Shown piece after piece: positions 1 to 7,328 of a DNA stretch of 20,000 nt. Within the stretch, counting starts at the first letter, position 1, and each line of letters opens with the position of its first letter. The notes below the pieces were generated by a model. The model did not search any database. It was not told where the DNA came from and was given only the letters and a program-made list of their open reading frames with translations. This DNA comes from an uncultured virus (IMG/VR IMGVR_UViG_3300013108_000147) (lineage: Duplodnaviria; Heunggongvirae; Uroviricota; Caudoviricetes; Crassvirales). Both the position numbers and the translations under genes were made by a program. The DNA lies in IMG/VR virus record IMGVR_UViG_3300013108_000147. One strand, 5' to 3'.

Positions 1-155
1 CTATGTCTAGTGTCGTACCACTCGTAGTATCCGTCTATGTGCTTAGAGATTCTGAAACCTCTGAAGAAAATTACATCTTCATAAGGGAACTCTCTAACAG
101 AGTGAGGCATCTCTTTTATAGCTACCTCATATATAAGTTGTGTTATATCTTTCAT
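1..155 (-). CDS. Hypothetical protein, 3'-truncated by window edge (MKDITQLIYEVAIKEMPHSVREFPYEDV...)
   Basis: Manually translated open frame from ATG at 155 running off the left edge; lies just downstream of the promoter at 173-204. Confidence 0.65.
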   Translation of the reverse strand, partial: MKDITQLIYEVAIKEMPHSVREFPYEDVIFFRGFRISKHIDGYYEWYDTRH

Positions 156-172
156 TACGTATTTTGTTTTAC

Positions 173-204
173 GCAATATACGAAAAATATATCGGAAAAC
201 CAAA
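173..204 (-). promoter_or_regulatory. Bacteroidota-type -33/-7 promoter variant TTTG-N20-TATATTGC
   Basis: Minus strand TTTG-GTTTTCCGATATATTTTTCG-TATATTGC; same geometry recurs at 16033, 18108 and 18861. Confidence 0.7.
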
Positions 205-205
205 T

Positions 206-568
206 CTATTTACCCTCTAGCCTCTTCGTAATCCTAGCTTGTAGTAAAATCCTATCGTAATTAGTAGGCTTGTAATCTTTGTACAACTCTTTAGGTAGTC
301 CGTCAAAAGACCTGCCGTAATACTCTACATTAAAACCTCTATCTTTACACTCTCTGTAAAGAGTTTCATACCTTCTCCTCAGGTACTTAAGTTTATCATA
401 AAAGAATTTAACGTGACCTGTACCTAGTTTAAACTCACTAGGTTGGTTGTCTAAGCTGTATCTGCCCTTCCTTATGCAGTTGGGTATACGCTTTATCTCT
501 CTGTGTTCGGCTATCAACATCTTGTTGTTTAATTCCGACGCTCTAATTCCTACGTTTATCCTAGTCAT
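206..568 (-). CDS. denV: Pyrimidine dimer DNA glycosylase / T4 endonuclease V
   Basis: N-terminal MTRIN (catalytic Thr2), AEHREIKR (catalytic Glu/Arg), FKLGTGHVKFFYDKL and ECKDRGF closely match T4 DenV. Confidence 0.95.
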   Translation of the reverse strand: MTRINVGIRASELNNKMLIAEHREIKRIPNCIRKGRYSLDNQPSEFKLGTGHVKFFYDKLKYLRRRYETLYRECKDRGFNVEYYGRSFDGLPKELYKDYKPTNYDRILLQARITKRLEGK

Positions 569-703
569 CTATATAGACCTAAATCTTCTGTTACTGTTCC
601 AGTCTTGCCTCTTAGCTTTGCCTAGAATAGCTTTTTTAGAAACACGCTTGTTAACGTCTTCTCTAGCCTCGTTCATCTGAGGGTTTCCGTTTTGGTTTTT
701 CAT
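569..703 (-). CDS. Small basic hypothetical protein (44 aa, MKNQNGNPQMNEARED...)
   Basis: Manually translated; exactly fills the gap between flanking co-oriented genes. Confidence 0.6.
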   Translation of the reverse strand: MKNQNGNPQMNEAREDVNKRVSKKAILGKAKRQDWNSNRRFRSI

Positions 704-705
704 GT

Positions 706-1083
706 TTAAAGTTTTTTAATAGTTGCGTTATTCCATTTACCTATTGGCATGTCTTCGTTTATTAAGATGTCTATTCTCTTACTAAACCTTTTGTTCATCT
801 TGTCCATGACAGTGTACACACCGTCATATTTAGTACCGCTAAGGTAAACCTTAGTCCCTTTAGGGTACTTCGCAAGTAAATCCCTTGACACGGCTATAAT
901 CTTGTGCTTGTAGGGATTGTTCAAGTCTAATTCAAACATGAAAGCTGTGTGCTTTGGGTCTGAGTTAGTCTGCTCTTCAACAGCGTTATACACTGTACAA
1001 ACTACCTGCTCTTGTGCTGATAGTGAAACAAATGTAGTAAATAAAAATAACACTACAAAATATTTTCTAAACTTTTTTTTCAT
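706..1083 (-). CDS. Secreted 3D-domain (RlpA-like double-psi barrel) peptidoglycan-active protein
   Basis: Signal peptide, then TVYN...IIAVSRDLL...GTKVY...YTVMD...RIDIL, the 3D/MltA-like Asp motifs. Confidence 0.8.
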   Translation of the reverse strand: MKKKFRKYFVVLFLFTTFVSLSAQEQVVCTVYNAVEEQTNSDPKHTAFMFELDLNNPYKHKIIAVSRDLLAKYPKGTKVYLSGTKYDGVYTVMDKMNKRFSKRIDILINEDMPIGKWNNATIKKL

Positions 1084-1093
1084 AATTTAAACT

Positions 1094-1342
1094 TTAATCT
1101 TCTATTCTAAATGTTATTAGTCCGTCTTTAGCAAAAGGGATTCCGTACACAGTGTAATTTGTCATAGCTTCAACTTCGTTTATTAAGTCTAGGAAATGGT
1201 AACCCGTATTTTTTGGTATAGGGTATTTAAACTTATCTATACCTGCTTTAGCTCTTTGTTCTGCTATCGTGATTATAGTATTTACATGTGTTTTATAATT
1301 TACAGCTCTTTTCGTTTTACTAACTTTTATTTCCATAATCAT
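1094..1342 (-). CDS. Hypothetical protein
   Basis: ORF track; tight packing in leftward operon (start may be ATG at 1336). Confidence 0.7.
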   Translation of the reverse strand: MIMEIKVSKTKRAVNYKTHVNTIITIAEQRAKAGIDKFKYPIPKNTGYHFLDLINEVEAMTNYTVYGIPFAKDGLITFRIED

Positions 1343-1498
1343 TTATCTAGATGTTAATGCCCATATAACAAGGTAAGGTATGAGTCCTACCACAAAGATA
1401 AATAATAGTCTCCAAAATATGGGGTCTATATTAGTGTAATCTCCTAATCCCTGGCATACGCCACCTACGTAGCCGTCTCTTCTTTTAAATTTTCTCAT
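1343..1498 (-). CDS. pspC: PspC (phage shock protein C) domain membrane protein, 51 aa
   Basis: Not in ORF track. Manual translation MRKFKRRDGYVGGVCQGLGDYTNIDPIFWRLLFIFVVGLIPYLVIWALTSR matches the PspC pattern GVC.Gl..Y..iDp...Rl.f....Y...W. Confidence 0.85.
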   Translation of the reverse strand: MRKFKRRDGYVGGVCQGLGDYTNIDPIFWRLLFIFVVGLIPYLVIWALTSR

Positions 1499-1500
1499 AA

Positions 1501-1830
1501 TTATCTATTTGTATAATAAAATTGATTTCCATCCTCATCTGTAAACATCTTAGATGGTAGTTTAAACTCGCAAGGAACATCTACTAACTCTTCTTCTGTT
1601 CTTACGCCATTGTTTGATAATGTTTCACAAGCACCGTCTACTGCATTTGGATTGTTGTTTAATACATTGATGTATGCGTTGTAATTACTATAGGTCTTTG
1701 TCTGACCATTTAAACATAAAGTCCAAGATTGATTTTTACCACCTACATAAACTTTTTTTGCCTCTTGTGTACATTCGTTCTCGCAATTAAACATTGCTAA
1801 TGTTACTAATAATACTAATACTTTTTTCAT
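1501..1830 (-). CDS. Putative lipoprotein
   Basis: From ATG at 1830: MKKVLVLLVTLAMFNC, a signal peptide II-like sequence ending in Cys. Confidence 0.65.
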   Translation of the reverse strand: MKKVLVLLVTLAMFNCENECTQEAKKVYVGGKNQSWTLCLNGQTKTYSNYNAYINVLNNNPNAVDGACETLSNNGVRTEEELVDVPCEFKLPSKMFTDEDGNQFYYTNR

Positions 1831-1832
1831 TT

Positions 1833-2039
1833 TTACTTGGTTTTTAAATTTATATACCAACCACTATTCATTTCTTCGTTTAATCTATCTTCGCCTTTCT
1901 TTGTAAAGAATTTTTTCTCAAAATCTCCAAAAGTGTGGTAGTCTTTTAACTTGTCAATACATTCTTTTACTGACTCTCCGCTTGTGTAAGTTTCACGATT
2001 TCCGCAGTCGCTTACAATTTTTAATTGATATTTTGCCAT
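1833..2039 (-). CDS. Hypothetical protein
   Basis: ORF track; AT-rich leader, operon packing. Confidence 0.7.
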   Translation of the reverse strand: MAKYQLKIVSDCGNRETYTSGESVKECIDKLKDYHTFGDFEKKFFTKKGEDRLNEEMNSGWYINLKTK

Positions 2040-2056
2040 TTCTATTGGTTTTTAAT

Positions 2057-2242
2057 TTAAAGTTTTACTAATTTTTCCATGACCTCCATTCTGTTGTCCC
2101 AATTGTAGAAACAGAACTTAATGAAGGAGTTTCTGTGTTGCATAGCGTCAGCTTTCTTGAGGAAGGCGTCTATATGCTTTTCATCAGGTGTATAGTTTAA
2201 CTTGTCACACTGATGTATAAAATCGTACATTAATCCTAACAT
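2057..2242 (-). CDS. Hypothetical protein
   Basis: ORF track; operon packing. Confidence 0.65.
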   Translation of the reverse strand: MLGLMYDFIHQCDKLNYTPDEKHIDAFLKKADAMQHRNSFIKFCFYNWDNRMEVMEKLVKL

Positions 2243-2249
2243 AAATTAT

Positions 2250-2405
2250 TTATTTTTCTTCAACATTCGTTAAGTGGTCATACAATAAGTTCATTTGATT
2301 TTTAAAAGATAGAGGTTTTTTTACACACTCGTATCTGCTATACTTGTTATAATAGTAATTTAAGTAGTCTTGAATTACTTTTTTTTCTTTTGGTGTGAGT
2401 TTCAT
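2250..2405 (-). CDS. Hypothetical protein (51 aa, MKLTPKEKKVIQDYLNYYY...)
   Basis: Manually translated; fills intergenic gap. Confidence 0.6.
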   Translation of the reverse strand: MKLTPKEKKVIQDYLNYYYNKYSRYECVKKPLSFKNQMNLLYDHLTNVEEK

Positions 2406-2426
2406 AATATTCACTTTTAAGATTAG

Positions 2427-2726
2427 TTAAAGCTCTCTAATGATTCTCATTTTCTGAGCTAGAACCCAAGTGCCTCCTTGAGACTCGGGTCTATTATAAA
2501 GTTCGTAGTCTTTTACCTCTACTTCAACCCATACTCTACCCTTCTCGGATAGGTGTGGTGCACTCTTCTCTAGGGTACAGTGCCAACCTTTTCTAGGTGC
2601 AAAACCCTTTTTAGGGTGAAACTCTGCATCTATCCAAACGTTTATCGGCACTCTACTTCTCTGATTTATGAACAACGGAGATAAGCTGCCGTCTTTCATC
2701 TTTCTAATTAGCTTGTATGCTTTCAT
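2427..2726 (-). CDS. Conserved-looking phage hypothetical protein
   Basis: ORF track; motif-rich (AYKL...LSPLFIN...KGFAPRKGWH...APHLS...SQGGTW). Confidence 0.75.
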   Translation of the reverse strand: MKAYKLIRKMKDGSLSPLFINQRSRVPINVWIDAEFHPKKGFAPRKGWHCTLEKSAPHLSEKGRVWVEVEVKDYELYNRPESQGGTWVLAQKMRIIREL

Positions 2727-2727
2727 T

Positions 2728-2913
2728 CTAATCTAATTGGTTTAATAATCCTCTTACAATATCTATCTGTTTTTTCAAGTAATCATCTGCGTCAGAAGGT
2801 TCTCTTTCTGATAATGATATTAATAGGTCTTTAAGAGCCCTCTTCCTATGTTCTAGGGACACCTTAACTATACTAGCTGATTCATCATTCAGCACTATGA
2901 TTTTCTGTGACAT
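2728..2913 (-). CDS. Hypothetical protein
   Basis: ORF track; abuts neighbours. Confidence 0.65.
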   Translation of the reverse strand: MSQKIIVLNDESASIVKVSLEHRKRALKDLLISLSEREPSDADDYLKKQIDIVRGLLNQLD

Positions 2914-2919
2914 GTCTGC

Positions 2920-3795
2920 TTAATTATATTTTTTGTTATACCAAGCTAACTTGTTTAAATCTAGCTTAGCGTTATTAGACTTCATGCTTCCTCCGTTTAT
3001 AAACAGTTTGATTGCTTTTTCTTTGTTTATAATGTTATTGGATTTGTTGTCTTCCTTAGGTGACCAACCTAGTCTAAGTATGTAGTTGAGTAGTGCGTCA
3101 TTACTGATGTTGCTTAAGTCTATCTCATCGGAATCTCTCTTAGACAACTTCTTTCCTGAACTGTGGCATACTAAACCTACGTGTGTAAATTTAGGTAAAT
3201 CTTTTTCAATTACAAAACTTTCGTTCAATAATTTCCAAATTAATGTTTGTTTATACGTATTAGATATGTGGTCTACTCCGCGAACTATCCACGTTACATC
3301 TTCATCGTAGTCGTCTACTGTAGATGCAAAGTTGTATGCCGGTGAGCCGTCAGACTTCATTATAACTTGTTCTGAGGCGTACCCTGCAATTTGGTCGTTA
3401 GCTTTCTTTAAACCTGTCAAAGTATCTGTCCAACTACAAGCGTCAACTTTAGTGGTTCCGTCGTAAAGTTCGTAACCTTTATTAAGTCTTATACATCCGT
3501 CATCTTCGATAGCCATACCTAATTCTACAAGTTGATTAGCTACTTCTCTATATCTGCCAAACCTCTCAGACTGCTTGAAAGTCTTGTCGTAGTCTAGACC
3601 AAGCCGTGATAGTGAATCAAATATGGGTTGTATAAGTTCCTCTCTACTACGTGTTAAGTCAGTGTCATCAACACGGACTATAAACTTAGAGTTTGTGTCT
3701 TGCTTAGATATAAGCCAATTGTGGTAAGCTGTTCTAAGTGTACCTATGTGTAACATACCAGTAGGTGATGGTGCTATTCTAACTATTTCTGCCAT
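2920..3795 (-). CDS. Glutamyl-tRNA synthetase catalytic-domain-only protein (GluRS/GluQ-RS-like, 291 aa)
   Basis: RIAPSPTGMLHIG (HIGH), RVDDTD, QSER, YNFASTVDD, IVRGVDH, KKLSKRD (KMSKS), NYILRLGWS, LDLNKLAWYN, then stop; the C-terminal anticodon-binding domains are absent. Confidence 0.92.
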   Translation of the reverse strand: MAEIVRIAPSPTGMLHIGTLRTAYHNWLISKQDTNSKFIVRVDDTDLTRSREELIQPIFDSLSRLGLDYDKTFKQSERFGRYREVANQLVELGMAIEDDGCIRLNKGYELYDGTTKVDACSWTDTLTGLKKANDQIAGYASEQVIMKSDGSPAYNFASTVDDYDEDVTWIVRGVDHISNTYKQTLIWKLLNESFVIEKDLPKFTHVGLVCHSSGKKLSKRDSDEIDLSNISNDALLNYILRLGWSPKEDNKSNNIINKEKAIKLFINGGSMKSNNAKLDLNKLAWYNKKYN

Positions 3796-3799
3796 TGTT

Positions 3800-4177
3800 T
3801 TAAAGTATTATTAATGTGTCGTATAAACTGTTTTGTTCTTCTTTTGATAGAGAGTTCATAAAGTATTTGATATCTGATATATCTTCTAGCGTCTCTATAG
3901 CGCTTCTGACGTGGTGATTCGGGTCGTACACCTCTTTGAATAAAGATATAGCTTTGTTAACACTCGTTATACCCTCATCTAATTTAAGATGTTTGCCTAT
4001 GCTTTTATTGTTCATAAGCATTTGGTCGTAATATAAATCCTCTACCCAAAGGTAGTTGTGGATTATCATAAGAAATCTTTGCGCCTTTTTCGCGTCTTTC
4101 ACGTGGCTTTTATAACCTAGAAGTCTTATGTATCTTCTAAGAGCCTTTTGTCTATTTCTAATATCTTCTCTTGTCAT
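3800..4177 (-). CDS. Hypothetical protein
   Basis: ORF track; operon packing. Confidence 0.7.
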   Translation of the reverse strand: MTREDIRNRQKALRRYIRLLGYKSHVKDAKKAQRFLMIIHNYLWVEDLYYDQMLMNNKSIGKHLKLDEGITSVNKAISLFKEVYDPNHHVRSAIETLEDISDIKYFMNSLSKEEQNSLYDTLIIL

Positions 4178-4262
4178 TATTTCTGTTTTATTTCTTCAAA
4201 ATGTATTTTATGGTAGCGACATTCGTGTCGTTAGCATCGGCTTCAATTTTTATACAGAGCCG

Positions 4263-4460
4263 TTACCACCCATAAGAGTTGTACATTTTTACTATATCCT
4301 CTCTTGTTATAGTTGTGTCTTCCATAAATTCACCATAACCAAACATTTTGTGTTCATAGTGAAATTTTTGTGACTTAGATAATTTATTCCACCACTTAAT
4401 AGCTTTATTACGTGTGGTAACACCACCTAAATTTAATTTATTCTCTTCGTTCATAAACAT
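4263..4460 (-). CDS. Cassette-associated hypothetical protein
   Basis: ORF track; starts inside attC-like element 4414-4482; its TAA stop lies in the GTTA core at 4262. Confidence 0.65.
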   Translation of the reverse strand: MFMNEENKLNLGGVTTRNKAIKWWNKLSKSQKFHYEHKMFGYGEFMEDTTITREDIVKMYNSYGW

Positions 4461-4486
4461 AATTTTAGCTTAACCGTTGTAAGTAA

Positions 4487-4780
4487 TTAAAGGTTCATTT
4501 CTTTTATTTTCATATAAACCATCATTAGTTCAAACAAACTATAACTTGTTTTCTTATAAAGGTATATATTTTCTCCTTGTACGCTTACATACTTTTCACA
4601 CCAATCATCAAAGGTCAGTTCCTTTTTGCTCTTTAACTCCGTACAACAATGTGTATAATTAATAGCTTCTATATCGTTCATTAAACAAGCTACTGTTTTA
4701 ATTGTTTTTTTGTCTGCATCAGCTTTTTCTATGTAAAAATCTATTACTCTTTGCAATATCTGTTTCTTATAATTATCCAT
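4487..4780 (-). CDS. Cassette-associated hypothetical protein
   Basis: ORF track; N-terminal half is encoded in the loop of attC-like element 4641-4835 and reads through the arm as INYTHCC. Confidence 0.65.
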   Translation of the reverse strand: MDNYKKQILQRVIDFYIEKADADKKTIKTVACLMNDIEAINYTHCCTELKSKKELTFDDWCEKYVSVQGENIYLYKKTSYSLFELMMVYMKIKEMNL

Positions 4781-4829
4781 TTTTATTATTTTTAGTTATT
4801 ATTCAAGCTACTAATCATACACTCGTCCG

Positions 4830-5018
4830 TTATGCACCATTACGCAAACTCTTACCTTGCTCTTTCGCCAAAGTTTTTAGTGTTTCCTTTTTTATTAAAA
4901 TACCCTTACAAGGCATTGTTCTGCAAATTGTTTCACAGCCTTCTCTTTCCAATAAATCTAAACCGCATTTAGTGCAAGGTATCCTACCAAGTTCATTGTA
5001 AGTATCTACTACATCCAT
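4830..5018 (-). CDS. Cassette-associated small Cys-rich protein (CxxC...CxxxC)
   Basis: ORF track; stop TAA in GTTA core at 4829. Confidence 0.6.
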   Translation of the reverse strand: MDVVDTYNELGRIPCTKCGLDLLEREGCETICRTMPCKGILIKKETLKTLAKEQGKSLRNGA

Positions 5019-5078
5019 TTTTTACAATTTAAAATTAACGGTGCATAACACCATATAAAATTCATTTCGTTCCTCCCG

Positions 5079-5288
5079 TTAGCCACAATTAACAGGTTGC
5101 TCTTTTGCCATTGTAGCGTTTTCTAAAATACTTATAGCTTGGTTTAGTTCTGAGATAGCATCTAAATCAGCATCAGTATCGGGGCAAGGTGCATCTATCT
5201 TACAGTTTCTTTTTATAAAACTATTTTCTATAAACGTATCCTTTGCTTTTTCTCGTTGTTCTTTTAGTTGTTGAATAATTCTTTCCAT
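5079..5288 (-). CDS. Cassette-associated hypothetical protein (MERIIQQLKEQ...)
   Basis: ORF track gives 5357 as the longest start; ATG at 5288 lies inside the cassette; stop in GTTA core at 5078. Confidence 0.6.
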   Translation of the reverse strand: MERIIQQLKEQREKAKDTFIENSFIKRNCKIDAPCPDTDADLDAISELNQAISILENATMAKEQPVNCG

Positions 5289-5399
5289 AATTAAATTAAC
5301 TGTGGCTAACACAAAAGATAGTGAATAGCCGATTAAACATTTGTTTTTCATAGCCAAGTTTAAGGTGTCGGCTACTCACCATATTCAAGCACGTTGTAG

Positions 5400-5612
5400 T
5401 TAATGTTTTTTACGAAACTTTCGCCATTTAATTTTAATCCATTCTACTAACACAATCACACCAAAGGCAAGTATTAATATCCCAAATATTGATAAACCTA
5501 TTACGTCTTTCCAATTCCAAAACATTGTTGTATCGTTACCGCAAGAGGTAAAAAACACTAACAACAACATTGTATATAGTGCATAGCTTGTTTTTGTTCT
5601 TAATCGTTTCAT
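5400..5612 (-). CDS. Cassette-associated membrane lipoprotein
   Basis: LLLVFFTSC lipobox plus a second TM helix and basic tail; starts inside attC-like element 5562-5692. Confidence 0.65.
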   Translation of the reverse strand: MKRLRTKTSYALYTMLLLVFFTSCGNDTTMFWNWKDVIGLSIFGILILAFGVIVLVEWIKIKWRKFRKKH

Positions 5613-5698
5613 TTTGCTTTTTATTTAAGTTATTTATAAATCATTATTTCGTGCTATAAGGTCGCTACGACACCATACACTAAGCGTTGTGTGTAATG

Positions 5699-6085
5699 CT
5701 ATACTTGCTTGTTAATTTCCTTAAAACACAATATACACTCAGGGTATTGTCTTCTACTATTAAAACTATAAAAACCGCCTTCCATATATTGTTTCCACAA
5801 TTCACTTTTTCTTTTAATTTCTAAAACATCTACCAATAAAAATTTATTAGGATTTAATTTTACAAAATCCCAAGATTTTTTATCTAAAAATCCTTTAAAA
5901 TCACCACTTTGTTTTAATGAGTTGTAATAATTACCTTCATTAATAGTGATAAAAGTTCCTCCGTATTCTCTTGTAAAAGTGTTAAGTTTTACTTTGTTTC
6001 CTTTTGATATTACAACTTGTTTTAAATCTTCTTTTGTCAGTTTTTCAGTATAAAATCTTTTTCTAAGTTTTGAAAGTTCACTCAT
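5699..6085 (-). CDS. Cassette-associated hypothetical protein
   Basis: ORF track; wholly contained in cassette 5686-6128. Confidence 0.7.
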   Translation of the reverse strand: MSELSKLRKRFYTEKLTKEDLKQVVISKGNKVKLNTFTREYGGTFITINEGNYYNSLKQSGDFKGFLDKKSWDFVKLNPNKFLLVDVLEIKRKSELWKQYMEGGFYSFNSRRQYPECILCFKEINKQV

Positions 6086-6177
6086 TATTTCTATATATCA
6101 TTAATTAATAATCCGCACTACACACAACAATATGTATAGTGCATTTTCGTGCCTCAAACGACACCATACACTCAAAG

Positions 6178-6450
6178 TTAGCCACAATTAAATGCCTTTA
6201 ACGTCTCTTCTATCATTGTTTGCCCTACGTAAGTATGTGTACTTTCATTAAATCTGTCTGCCAAATCATTTAACAGTTCACGTTGTTGGCTAACATCAGA
6301 TAAAACAAATTCTATGTCATTGTCATTTATCCGATGGTCTGACCAAGTAATCGCACTTTGAAACAAATCATTCCAATCTGTTGTGCTCTTGTCTATTGTT
6401 ACATCACTGCCTTCAATTTGTAGGTATATTTTTTTAGGTATATTTTTCAT
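6178..6450 (-). CDS. Cassette-associated hypothetical protein (MKNIPKKIYLQI...)
   Basis: Likely ATG at 6450 inside loop of attC-like 6288-6483; reads through the arm as FVLSDVSQQRELL; stop in GTTA core at 6177. Confidence 0.65.
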   Translation of the reverse strand: MKNIPKKIYLQIEGSDVTIDKSTTDWNDLFQSAITWSDHRINDNDIEFVLSDVSQQRELLNDLADRFNESTHTYVGQTMIEETLKAFNCG

Positions 6451-6488
6451 AATCAAACTTGTTTTATCTGTGATACGTTGTATCACAT

Positions 6489-6722
6489 TTATGGTTGTTT
6501 AAATACATTGTCTGCCCACTTAATATATTTCAAAGCATAATCAACACCTGTTAATATATAAGCTAAGTTTAGAGGTACTGCCAACACAATAAACACGATT
6601 GATAAGACAAGGTTTCCTACTGCATATCTTAAACGTGCTACAACACCGTATAAACTTAATTTAGGTTTCTTTTCTAATCCTAAACTTTTAATCATATATT
6701 CTGCGTCTATTTCTTTTTTCAT
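6489..6722 (-). CDS. Cassette-associated membrane protein
   Basis: ORF track; hydrophobic helix; crosses the half-site at 6635-6660 as LSLYGVVAR. Confidence 0.65.
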   Translation of the reverse strand: MKKEIDAEYMIKSLGLEKKPKLSLYGVVARLRYAVGNLVLSIVFIVLAVPLNLAYILTGVDYALKYIKWADNVFKQP

Positions 6723-6742
6723 AATTTCTGTTATTTAATTCA

Positions 6743-7156
6743 TTACACATCAATCAACTCGAATGATTTAGCATTTCTTGTTTTATCGTTCCAATATTTT
6801 TTGTTTAGTTCGTAAGCATCAGACATTCTCAAACCCATAGTTTCAGCAAGTATGTAGAATGGTTTAGTTAAGTAGTTAAATGCTAATGTCATTTCTGTTG
6901 CATCTCCTTCAAAAATTACTTCTTTTTTGTCGTTTAAAATTTGTTTCATATCACTTCGTTGGCTAACAATAGATACACTCAAATTTTTAACCTTAGCTTC
7001 GAGCCATTCTACGTATTCATCACAAAAACCATCTTCATAAGGTGTTTGTCCTGCGTAATCCTGTCTAACAGCCATCACACCATATCCGTTTTCTTTTTTA
7101 AACTTTTCTCTTAAATCCATATTTACTTCTTTTTTGTCGTTTAAAATTTGTTTCAT
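6743..7156 (-). CDS. Chimeric hypothetical protein with duplicated N-terminus MKQILNDKKEV
   Basis: ORF track; 34-bp perfect direct repeat in frame. Confidence 0.65.
   Translation of the reverse strand: MKQILNDKKEVNMDLREKFKKENGYGVMAVRQDYAGQTPYEDGFCDEYVEWLEAKVKNLSVSIVSQRSDMKQILNDKKEVIFEGDATEMTLAFNYLTKPFYILAETMGLRMSDAYELNKKYWNDKTRNAKSFELIDV
6916..7156. repeat. 34-bp perfect direct repeat (6916-6949 and 7123-7156)
   Basis: TTACTTCTTTTTTGTCGTTTAAAATTTGTTTCAT twice, 207 bp apart. Confidence 0.95.
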
Positions 7157-7323
7157 CGCTCAATGTGGTTAAAAATTAACTTCATCACCCAAGCATTTTC
7201 AAACTCATACATACCACAAACTAAACGCGCTTCTTCTGCTGTTTCGTAGTAGTTAATTTTTCCGTTTTCGTCTTTCATATAGTCCATATTTCTAAGGTCT
7301 ATAATTACATATTTGTTTTCCAT
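7153..7323 (-). CDS. Hypothetical protein (56 aa, MENKYVIIDLRNMDYMKDENG...)
   Basis: Manually translated; ATGA overlap with downstream ORF. Confidence 0.7.
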   Translation of the reverse strand: MENKYVIIDLRNMDYMKDENGKINYYETAEEARLVCGMYEFENAWVMKLIFNHIER

Positions 7324-7328
7324 TCCGT

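Larger units (their letters stand above)
4238..6975. mobile_element. Array of integron attC-like sites and gene cassettes (CALIN-like; no integrase in window)
   Basis: Seven AAC...stem-loop...GTT elements (4414-4482, 4641-4835, 5043-5084, 5304-5399, 5562-5692, 6122-6183, 6288-6483) plus half-sites at ~4238-4269, 6635-6660 and 6961-6975; each cassette's GTT-end is complementary to its own AAC-end. Confidence 0.75.

Noticed and set aside
2920..3795. Frameshifted gltX pseudogene
   Set aside because: Clean stop at a domain boundary, intact motifs, and the next ORF does not resemble the anticodon-binding domain
4262..6644. IS/MITE elements explaining the terminal inverted repeats
   Set aside because: Inverted repeats differ for each unit apart from GTT/AAC, and there are no target duplications or transposase
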